A stretch of DNA of 64,000 nt from Camelus dromedarius (lineage: Eukaryota). The notes below the pieces were generated by a model. That model made no database searches and was not told the DNA's origin. It saw nothing but the letters and a program-made list of their open reading frames with translations. The stretch is from contig NC_087454.1 of NCBI RefSeq assembly GCF_036321535.1, positions 17,422,001 to 17,486,000 of the forward strand, in the 5' to 3' direction. The translations under genes and the position numbers were made by a program. This document shows, piece by piece, positions 1 through 10,059 of this stretch; positions within the stretch are counted from its first letter, which is position 1, and every line of letters begins with the position of its first letter.

Positions 1-904
1 ACAATTCTGCACTAACAAGAAAGAAAGAAAGACAGACAGAAAGAAAAAGGGGTCGCTGTAGGGAGGATTAGCCATGTTCAAAACACCACTAATCTCATTA
101 AAGTACTCCCAGGGGGAGGCCCCTGTAGGCTTTGTAATGACCTAAATCAAGTATTAGCCCTTCCCTAAAATTAACCCCACGTTCTACAAAACGCACGTTC
201 TTGTCTCTAAAACTGGAGAAGGCTGAAAAAGGATTAATAAAGGAAGGAAGGGAGCTTGTTAGGAATTGCAGGACCATCAGACAGGCCAGCAGGCCAAGGG
301 GCAACTGATAATCGACGTTTCGTTTTCTCTTTCGTGGCTGTCTCACAGACTTAGTCAGAAAAGGGATTCACGCAGTTCATGTTTGAATGGAGAAAGAGAA
401 GAAAAGGAAGAAGTTTCCATTTGCAATTGTCTGTCTATCATTTTATTTTTCAAAACACCGGACTTTTAGGGCCACAGCTTCTTCATGGCCTGACTTATAA
501 TCTGTCCGGTCAAAATTCATCCTTTAAAATAGAAAGAGCAAAAGAACTGAGAGGGAAATTCCCTTGAGGTAAAAAGTCATCTTCCTTTATATGTTATTTC
601 TACACTCCCCAAGGAACCATTATCTAATTTATTAGCTACCACGTTACCAAAAAGAAATGAGTGGAGCTCTTTGCTCAGCGTTTTTAGCTGATTGGGATAC
701 CTTCACCTTGCAAACACGCGCAGGAAAAAAAAAGTGCGCGATAAAAGAGAAACTAAAACTTTTCGGCGTATTTAAAGCCGCCTTCCTTTCCGGCTCGCCC
801 AGCGAAGAGCGAGGTTTTCCGACCAATCAAAACATTGAAATGTTAATCATCTCTTCCTTGCTCCACCCTTCGATGACCTAATTTGTAAAACCAACCGAAC
901 GTCT

Positions 905-941
905 TGTTTTCAAACAGGTCCGCAAAAATACTATTTAAAAA
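905..941 (+). promoter_or_regulatory. H4 Site II-type element (GGTCCG, HiNF-P motif) and TATA-like box
   Basis: TGTTTTCAAACAGGTCCG at 905-922; TATTTAAAAA at 932-941; CCAAT at 823-827. Confidence 0.8.
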
Positions 942-957
942 GCATTGTGGCGGCTGA

Positions 958-1290
<333 letters not shown>

Positions 1291-1329
1291 GAGTATGAGA
1301 TTCGGTATTCTTCAAACTTTGAAAACAAA

Positions 1330-1370
1330 GGCCCTTTTCAGGGCCGCCCACACAGTCATGAAAGAGCTGT
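1330..1370 (+). terminator. Histone 3' stem-loop and HDE of H4C3
   Basis: GGCCCTTTTCAGGGCC at 1330-1345; AAAGAGCTGT at 1361-1370. Confidence 0.95.
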
Positions 1371-3175
1371 TGTACCTTGCAGGGAAGTTTATTTGAATAG
1401 GTAAAAGTAAACAGTTTGTACAAAAGGCTGTTAGGAGAGAGCAGCATTTACTGACGCAATCAGGTAACTAATCACGGGGTATTACGCCTACCGTGTGAGA
1501 AACGGGTTTTTTCACAAAGAGAAACTAGGCTTCTGGGAAGTGTAGAAAAGGCGTGAACAATGGTTTGATTAGATAGACTCCCTGAGAGATGTATGAGTTT
1601 TGAGAAAAGTCCTTTAGACTGCTGGTGGCATCCCTAGCACAAAAGCTCACACTATCAGCCCACACAATACACGGCTATGTAAATGAAGGCTGATGGGGGA
1701 CGAGCTCTCATTCGACAATTCTCGGTGTGGTGAGACCACTGTTAAATTGCGGAGGGTGGCATTACAAGCAATGCCATGTTCCTATTGGCCAAAACTACCA
1801 GGGGGCTTCCTAGTGGCCCCCGGAACTGGAGGAAAAACCTTGATTGGTTAACGTTCTTTTTAACCCAGTGTACGCGGGCACTAAAGAGCGCAAGGAGCAA
1901 AGAGGCACAGGGTCACCGAACCGGTCCTATACAGGCTCTAATAGTGCTGGGGTCAGACTGGCTGGCTGCTGGGCGGGGTGAAGCTACACGTTCATCCTTT
2001 TCCTCTGACACAGAGAAGGAGCTTAGTGCCTTGAAGGGCAAGTGAGGAGTTTCCTGCACTATTGCAACTCCAATCTCAAAGGGAAACAATGGCTACCTTA
2101 TCCAAGCAAAGCAGGGCTGTAGCTGATTCTATAAAAAATTTAAACCACTGTGTTTAGTCGTTTTCCACGTAGGATACAATTTTTTCCCCTAACGCCGTTA
2201 TACAAGTGAATTCAGAAAAGCTATGTCCTAGTGAGTTGTCTGTAGAACATACTTGTATTTGAGAGAATGCATTATGTAGTTTTTGCATTGTGCTTTGTTC
2301 AAAATTGCCCCACTGATGCCAAAAATAACAGTATAAATTTATCATTTGCGAGGATCTTTAAGAATGCTAAATCACAAATTAAGTGAAAACTAACTTTTAA
2401 AGTCAGAGTTATGCTTTAACTCAGACCCTGAGCATTTCCTAATACAAGCAGTTTTGTGATTTAGAAAGTTCACTTCAGAACGTAACAACGCTGCAGCCTC
2501 CCAACATTTTCATCAATGTTTTAGGGTTAGTATTTTCAGCCTGTGGAGCACGATCTGGACAAATCTATACACTACACAAATAAAAAAACAATCATAGTTG
2601 TATTAGACCAATCAGAATAATTATCAAACCAAAATTTCAATGTAACAATGCATGTGCTTAACATATAAACATCCAGTAGCTACTTCCAAAATAATGTGGA
2701 TGAACAGTATTTCAATATTTTGCAAATGTTAAACCGAAAATACTTGATTTCTAAAGGCTAATACGTTACGAAAATTCAGTTAAAGACTAGACAGGTTAAA
2801 AAAATATTCCCACTAACCCAAACTGAAACACCATGATTCCTATAAATTAAGCCCCTATATAATTAAGGGGACACCTCGTTTAATACTTCAGATGGCACCG
2901 TAAGTATGTGTACTGGAGTATCATTTGTGACAAAACACATCAGGCAGCGCAGGGCACGGAGCTGATCCTTCTTTAAGTCTGAGTGTAAACAGATACGCTC
3001 TTCCAAAAACAGTATACAATCTAGCTTTCTCACACTGGACACCACCAGTGTCCCCTTGGACTCTGAACCGGGGTGTGGGTCTAAGGTTTGTGCTGAAAAG
3101 ACGCCCTTTCACCTCAAACTTGCCTCCTGGCAACGCCACTGGCCGTAGCTCTCGTGAAAAGACACAATTTGAGTT

Positions 3176-3216
3176 ACACCCTTTTAAGAACCTTTTGGGT
3201 GGCTCTTAAAAGAGCC
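3176..3216 (-). terminator. Histone stem-loop and HDE of H1t
   Basis: Minus strand GGCTCTTTTAAGAGCC at 3216-3201, then ACCCA and purine-rich AAAAGGGTGT. Confidence 0.9.
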
Positions 3217-3252
3217 TTTGGGTTCTGTTAAGTATTTGTTTTTTCCAAAGTC

Positions 3253-3885
3253 TTACTTCTTGGTTGCCCTCCTAGAACTTGATTTCTGCTGGGTCAACTT
3301 CGGATTCCCAGTTTTATTAAGATTCCCTGCCCTGGCCTTTGCTGGACTCTTCCGTTGTTGTTTGGCCTTCGCTCCTTTCGCTTTCCTGCCGCTCCGAGCC
3401 GCTTTCTGAGCCGTTGTTGCCCTAGGCTTTTTAGCGGTCTTGTTGCTCTTGGCACTCTTTGGAGACTTCACGTCTCTAGATAAGACCAGCTTCTTGGCCT
3501 TGGAAGAAGCAGGCTTTCTAACCTTGGTAGGCTCAGGAGCAGCCTTTCTACTGAGCTTGAAAGAGCCGGAGGCACCAGTACCCCTAGTCTGCACCAGTAT
3601 CCCCTTAGTCACCAAACTCTTGAGACCCAACTTAATACGGCTGTTATTTTTCTCTACATCATAGCCCGCGGCTGCCAACGCCTTCTTCAGCGCGGCCAGG
3701 GACATGCCAGCTCTTTCCTGAGACATCGAAAGGGCCTCGATGATCAGCTTGGACACCGAAGGGTTTGTAGTCTTTCGACTCGCACCCATCAAGGCAACCG
3801 GCTTCCTGCCTCGCTTCTTAACCGGAGGTTTTTCCATGGGAGCTAGAACCGGGTCGGCTGGAGCCACTGGTGCTGTCTCAGTCAT
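3253..3885 (-). CDS. H1-6: Testis-specific linker histone H1t, 210 aa
   Basis: First ATG at 3885 (MTETAPVAP); the ORF-track extension starts at GTG; H1 globular domain [28 protein letters not shown] with H1t-type features [32 protein letters not shown] and LTQQ. Confidence 0.93.
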   Translation of the reverse strand: MTETAPVAPADPVLAPMEKPPVKKRGRKPVALMGASRKTTNPSVSKLIIEALSMSQERAGMSLAALKKALAAAGYDVEKNNSRIKLGLKSLVTKGILVQTRGTGASGSFKLSRKAAPEPTKVRKPASSKAKKLVLSRDVKSPKSAKSNKTAKKPRATTAQKAARSGRKAKGAKAKQQRKSPAKARAGNLNKTGNPKLTQQKSSSRRATKK

Positions 3886-3950
3886 TTCACCACACTGAAC
3901 CAAACGGTAGTGCTCCGCAGGGACCGTAAAATGCCGCCGGGCCACAGGGC

Positions 3951-4031
3951 TTTATATAGGGCAGGGCGCGCTGTGATTGGTGCATCGCTCAGGCACCGCC
4001 CCCGCCCCTTGGGGGAGGAGCACTTGTGTTT
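3951..4031 (-). promoter_or_regulatory. H1t proximal promoter: AC box, GC box, TE1-like segment, CCAAT, TATA
   Basis: Minus strand AAACACA (4031-4025), GGGGCGGGGCGG, GCACCAATCAC and CCTATATAAA in canonical H1 order. Confidence 0.88.
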
Positions 4032-4371
4032 GTTTGACTCCCAAAAGTTGAGTCCCGCAAAAGTCCTCTTCACGGAAACGCGCAGATTCCACTGCTGAAT
4101 AATCCACAGAGAAACAGATTTCACATGCCTTTCCCCCTTTTCATGAAAAATGACCCTGCATGCCAAAACTATTCAGAAAAGCCCTCAATTTGCAGCAAAA
4201 TTCAAAGTGAAGAACGAAACTTCCTCTTTTCCTTGTAAATTTAAAAGTAGTTTTTAGCAAGAGACTTCCTTATCTCTTCTGAGTGGTCTTCCAAACGCTT
4301 GGCTTCCAATTGGTGGAGAAAAAAAATTATTCACGCCCTGATTTTTACTGAAAATTACTTGTGTATATGAG

Positions 4372-4383
4372 GGAAGTAACACA
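4372..4383 (-). promoter_or_regulatory. H1 TG box upstream of H1t
   Basis: TGTGTTACTTCC on the minus strand, about 350 bp upstream of the AC box. Confidence 0.7.
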
Positions 4384-5809
4384 GATCTCTTTGATGTCTC
4401 ATTGTGGAGTTAGAAGATTCTTTTAGAACAGTCTAAAAACTACCGGGTAGGACCTTATTTGGGCAAATACAATCTAATAAACCATGATCTACAGGCATGT
4501 GGGTTGCTTGTAACTAAAATCACTTAGTCTTTCGGATTGGTTGTAGACCCTCAAGCCTGGGGTAAGTAACATGGCTCTCATGCGCTAATTGCTCGGCCCC
4601 CTTGTGGCTGGCGTCTTAACTGAGTTTTGCTTCTGGCTTCATTAATTCAAATCTTACCGCTATGCCCACACCATCCTCAAAAACATACATGTATTGTGAG
4701 ACATAGTGACAAAGGCCAGCTGGTGGGGATTTTCTACCGTCAGGTGCTTGGGGGTGAGCCCTGTGGTACTGCCTGTGAGGGATGAGAGCAGTTCTTGCAC
4801 GAGGCCAGGTTGAAGGGTTCAAGCTTGTTATTCTCACACAAAGCAGTTTTAACGGTGCCCAGAAGCCTCCCTTCTCTCAGGTGCTGTTCCCTCTGGGCTA
4901 CTGGCAGATGAAGTCATCCTCCCTTTTAAAATAAGTCAAATCAAACATCTAATGGAAATGTACCCAAATAAATGCTCAGTCTGTTTCTTGCCTTGTTACA
5001 AAATGCATTTCTCCAAATCCTTTTCACAAGCAGGCAAAGGCCAACCTGATTTTGTGCTGTCCAGGTGTCCAAATCCAGTCCTGGGAAATAAATGCCGGGT
5101 TTGCTTGTTAAGGAATCCTCTTTACTACCTGTGGGCTGACACCTGAGTGGGGTGGGGAGATATGGGTTTCTGTGAAAATAGTTTACACATTTGTCTAATA
5201 TGATGGCTCGTAATTATAAGCTGTGTTCGAAACATCTAATACGCAAGCCATCACTTCACTTTACAAATAGAATCTCTTCCTACATGATTTGTGTGAACTT
5301 GTAAGAGCATGGTCATGGTTTCACATTTAAGTAGGTTTTAAGAAAGCTCTGCCTGGAAGCAGATCCTGGTGGTAGTGAGAGGGGCAAAGGGGAGGCAGCT
5401 CTGCCTTCTTAGTGGGTGAGGGGCACAGTCTCCCACACAAACCATTGACCATCTCTGCTGACTTAAGTTATGACCTCTGATGTTCCAACAACTTAACAGA
5501 CTCACTATGGCTTTAAACATAGTAGTCTTAACATTCCAATTGCCACATGTTGTTCTCAATGCTGTTGAAAAGGTACCAAATTTAAGGACTGTGCTGGAGG
5601 GAACCACAGCTCTCCCTTTCTGTGCCTACATTCACACCTGTCCTCACAAGCTCACGGCCAGAATGAGGGCAGTAATGGTGGTACTAGAAAAAGAGGGCCA
5701 AGTACTCGAAACACTTCAAAGGTAGAAACAACAGGGCTTTGATTTCTCCTCTTTTCTTCATGACTGGGTCTTCCTCCAAGAGTTTCAAATGTGCTTTCTA
5801 AAGCATTTT

Positions 5810-5900
5810 ACTGTTTGAGAATAAATTGAGTTAATACAGTAAAGCACTTAGAAAAGTACCTGGCATATAATAAGTGCTACACTGGTGTTAGCTACTTTTG
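5810..5900. mobile_element. MIR SINE fragment
   Basis: ttgagttaatacagtaaagcacttagaaaagtacctggcatataataagtgct resembles the MIR core; boundaries approximate. Confidence 0.6.
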
Positions 5901-5949
5901 TTATATTAAGCATTTTAATTAATGGTAATATGCAAATTATATCTACTGC

Positions 5950-6100
5950 TCCCTTAATCCCCTATCCCTGCTCTACCTTCTCCATTTCTGGGGCATTTAT
6001 TCCTCTTTCATATTTTATATAATTACTTATAGTAACTACTCCTTGTTGTCTGTCTTCCCCAGATAAGATGTAAGTGCCAAGAGGGTAGTGACTTTGTCCT
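5950..6100 (+). mobile_element. L2 3' fragment
   Basis: tgtctgtcttcccc...gtaagtgccaagagggtagtgactttgtc resembles the L2 3' end. Confidence 0.5.
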
Positions 6101-6329
6101 TTTCCAAGGAGACAATCAATTCCAAGAAGAAGGCTCCTTAGCAGCTGGAAGACAAAGAGCCAGAGGATGGTCCTTAGGTCTTGAGGAGAAAGGTAAGAAA
6201 TCCTCTCCTGAGACCATCCCAGAACTGGCCAGTGAGAAGCTATTGTGGGGACTCTTAAAAGGGACCAAAGGGTAAGAGGAAGAGGAAAAAGGGAAAGGAG
6301 AATTGAAGGAGGCAAAAGAGAACTGGATG

Positions 6330-6720
6330 TGATGACTGAGAGTTCACCTGCTCTGCATCCATCAACTCCTGTTTCTCTGCCTGGTCTCCAGGTCAGTCTA
6401 AATTTCCCTGGTTTCCCTGGCAGGAAGGTGGTGCTGAGACTGAGTTCTGGCCAAAAGACTGTGGACAGAAGTGATGTGTGCCACTTCCAAGCCTGGCCCA
6501 TGAAAATCTCCCTCCCTGAGGCATCTTTCTTTCTTCTCTGTCTGCTGGTCTGATGTCTCCAAGACCAGAGGGAGGCTGAGGCATGAGATGGAAGGAGACT
6601 TTGTCTGAGAAAGGCTGTGGAGCTGAACCCCACTCCTTCATTGTGATGGGATATTATATAATATATTAATAACTTTCTCTTGTGTGTAGCCACTGAGTTT
6701 TGGACATCTGTTTCATATAT
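6330..6720 (+). mobile_element. MLT1 (ERVL-MaLR) LTR
   Basis: gactgagttctggccaaaag...agaagtgatgtgtgccacttccaagcctggccc and tgtgtagccactgagttttgg are typical MLT1 segments. Confidence 0.65.
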
Positions 6721-7099
6721 CACTTACCTTGTTTTGAGTTGAGGATTTGTCTGTTGATGCAAACTCAACATTGCCATTCATAGTTGCACAAACCCCTACC
6801 AACCCATCATGCCCAGGCCTTAATCTTAGACCTGGTTGCCTAGAGAGTGATTAACAAGTATTTCCCCCAAGTAAATGTTAAGCATCTCAATGCTTCTACC
6901 ACATAAACTGACTCCATTTAGCCCCTGGGATAGCAGGGTCGCATTTCATTCATTGGCAGATCATTGTAATCCCCCCCCACCCCCACCCCGACGGCCCTCC
7001 TCTCCCTAATCCTGTTCTCATCTCTTTTTTTTTTTTCCCTCCATGACACTCACCTTCTTAGAAACCAGATCTGTCGCTTATATATTATGTTTCTCCTAA

Positions 7100-7210
7100 A
7101 GTCCTCACTGTCTGCAGAAAAGGATTTGGTGATATTGTTCACTGATATATGCACACAGGAGCTTGGTACACAGTAAGTATTCAAAAAAGTTTATTGAATG
7201 AATCGAGTAA
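7100..7210 (+). mobile_element. L2 3' terminus
   Basis: ttgttcactgatatat...ggtacacagtaagtattcaaaaaagtttattgaatgaat. Confidence 0.55.
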
Positions 7211-7769
7211 CTCAATAATTTTTGTGCACTGCTGTATGCCAGTCTCAGGAATTGCCAGTAAGGATTATGTGGCGACCAAATCCAAGCTCAGAGCCTATTG
7301 GGGGTGACAACTAGACAAGTCATGACAGTTAAGTGCAAACTGTAGTGGTTACACAGAGCATTTGGGAAGGGATGGTCAGAGAAACCTCCTACAGAAGGTG
7401 ATGGCCAAGCAGATGTCTGTAGGATGAGGAGGAGTTTGCTAGGCTGGAAGGAGGGCAAAATATTAAAAATGGAGGTCTAGCATATGTGGGAGGCAGAAAA
7501 ACAGGAAAAGCAGAGCTTGTGCAAATCTGGCTGCAGTATAGACCATGAGAGAGAGAGGACCGCAGAGGCTGTAGACAGTGGGCAGGGGAAGAGCCCAGCA
7601 AACTGTTTCAGATGTCTGAAGTATCCTAAAGGCAAGATATAGCTCTTTCAGGCCCATTCCAGACCCTCCATGAGGCTCCAGCTCACATGCTAAAAGGATG
7701 ACAGCCCCTTCCTCTTATTTCCATTTTATTAAAATTTCTGATCATGTTAAGACAGTAGAAAATTCTGTA

Positions 7770-8110
7770 TGATATTATAATGATGAATGTAATTCATTAT
7801 ACTTTTGCCCAAACCCATAGAATGTACCAGAGTGAGCCCTAAAAAGACTTAGAAAAGAATAAAAAAGAAAAAAAAAATAAGAAAGGAAAAGAAAACAACA
7901 ACAAAAAAGAGTGAACTCTAAGGTCAACTATGAACTTTGGGTGATTATGCTGTTGTCAACATTGGTTCAGTTAAAAAAAAAGTGCCATTCTGGTGAGTGA
8001 TATTGACATGTGGAGGGGTGGCAGGGGGTGGGCGTAGGGGATATATGGAATACCTCTGTACCTTCTTCTCAGTTTTGTTGTAAACCTAAAACTGGTCTTT
8101 TAAAAAAATC
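7770..8110 (+). mobile_element. Old L1 (L1MB/L1MC-like) 3' fragment
   Basis: gtgaactctaaggtcaactatgaactttgggtgattatg...ggaatacctctgtaccttcttctcagttttgttgtaaacctaaaact. Confidence 0.55.
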
Positions 8111-8349
8111 ATATATAATATATATTTATTGAAATTCTAGTCCATTCATCATTATTTATGTCTAGAATTGACAGGGCCAGGCTCAGTCTCTCTAATGCAT
8201 AGAGTCAAGGACCCTGAGCACTTTCCCAAACCTCCAAAAATCTCTTACCCTGATGCTTGCTGGGCATCCTTGACCCACTTTTGAGGCTAGCAGTCTTTCT
8301 TCCATTCAAGATCTCAAAACTTGCATCATCTGTGTAGAATTCTTAAACA

Positions 8350-8533
8350 CATAATTGTATTTGTTTACTAATTTATTTCCATTTTAAAAAAAATACTTAT
8401 TTCAGTGCATTAAAGCCCAAATGCCTGTGTTTACAAATTAGTAACTAACATCTATCACACCAGTCATTTCAGTAAATCCAACAATAAAAGTGGTACATTG
8501 CAATCATCAATATTCTTATATCCTGTCCTACAG
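8350..8533 (-). other. Candidate distal non-coding terminal exon of H2BC4 (spliced, polyadenylated isoform)
   Basis: Minus strand: 120-nt AG-free, mostly pyrimidine tract (8655-8536), CAG| acceptor at 8536-8534, AATAAA at 8377-8372, downstream TGTGTTT. Confidence 0.55.
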
Positions 8534-10059
8534 CTGAGTTTGTAGGGAGATTATAGCAGGGAGAAAAAGTGAAAAGAAAATAAAGGAAAAGAAAAGAGAA
8601 GAAGGGAGAAGGGGAGGAGAAGAGGAAGAAAAGAAAACAAGAACAAAGTTTTATCCTCATTGCTTTTGAAGCCAATTATTTTACTGTCGGAGAACTTGAT
8701 TTGCTTAGAAGACAAGTTTAGGGCCATGAGTGATGAGGTCAAGGTTTTACCCCAGTATTGTCTCCTGAAGTATTTCGGTGTTCTTATAGAATGAGACAAG
8801 CCCCATCATTTCTGTTCCTTCATCCGTTGGAGCCTGCAGCTGGATGGGGCTCTAATACCACCAATACCCATAGCAAGATGAAACCAGCTTTTTCTATCAA
8901 TTATTATGCAAATTGCTTATTGGGCGATAATGCTATGTAAGTCTTTAAATGAAATAATCAAAGTCTCATTTTCCTCCCTCAGAACTGAAGTGGGACAGTA
9001 AGAAAGTAGCTGATTCTCCAGATTATCTCTTTTTTCTAATTTATAATAAACACCTAATTCCTGAGGATTTGTCCAGCTGATTTTGAGAGTCCAAAGAATG
9101 TAGTCAGACCCTAGAATGTCTTGCTGGCAAGGTCACAGGCAGCTGTGTATTTGGCCCAACTTATTTTTATGCTTAGTCATCATCCAGGATTGCACAGGGT
9201 GAAAGTTTGGAAATGCTAACTAATGTTTAATGCTTTTCAGGTTAGGACTCTGGAACTCCCTGGCAAAATGCTGACTACACACCCTTCTAAATCTGAAAGG
9301 CTCAACAAAAGATAACTATCATCCTTTATTTCCTTAGGTATATGTCTAGAGCTCTAATTAAATATGAGTGGGGAAAAAAATGCATTTGCTTTCAATCTGT
9401 TGGACCAAGGTAAAATCCATGGAATCAGCTGGCGATCTTTTCATATCACTCGTGAAATTCCTATCATTTAAGGAAGACTAGCTTCTACCAAGGTCTTCAG
9501 TTATGAGCTGCCATAGGTCCCTTTAGGGTATTAAGAAGGTCATAAATGAAACTTTTCAAACATCACACAACGAATGAGCACCCACCAGCTGCCAGGCACT
9601 CCAAATTGTGTTCTATGCATTAAAGATCTTTGATCGTCACAAACATCTAGAAGATAGGTGCTATTACCATCATCTGCAAGATACAGAAGAGGCAAAGAGA
9701 GATTACTGACTTGACTCAGTCTCACAGCTAATAGTTGACAAGCTGGGAGTAAAACTTGGAGTTCCTACCTCCAGAGGCTACACTTTTGTCATCAAGGAGC
9801 AATGCTGTACAGCCATTTAGCTGACATCATACCATTTCTAGGACAAGTATTTTGTATTTGCTATTTCATTTAACCCTCACCCCATCTTAAACAGTAGGTA
9901 ATTATTACCACCCACAGACTCAGAGTGGTAGGTTTGTCAAACAATAACTCAAAGACATTTAGTTAATTATTAACACACTGTTTATTGTGTATAAGGTATG
10001 CCAAACAATTGATTGATTACATCCAAACACAGTAAAAAAAAAAAAAAAGATAAGATAAT

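Noticed and set aside
3093-3192. Stem-loop-like fragments downstream of H1t (GGTTCTTAAAAG, TCTTTTCAC, TCTTTTCAG)
   Set aside because: None forms a 6-bp stem; consistent with the HDE plus chance matches
3886-3945. N-terminal extensions of H1t, and likewise H2BC4 (13786), H2AC6 (14077), H2BC5 (40447) and H4C4 (61526), in the ORF track
   Set aside because: All begin at GTG or TTG in 5' UTR/TATA-proximal sequence; the first ATG gives canonical histone lengths
5962-6723. 253-aa minus-strand ORF
   Set aside because: Lies across L2 and MLT1 repeat sequence, with no recognisable domain or promoter
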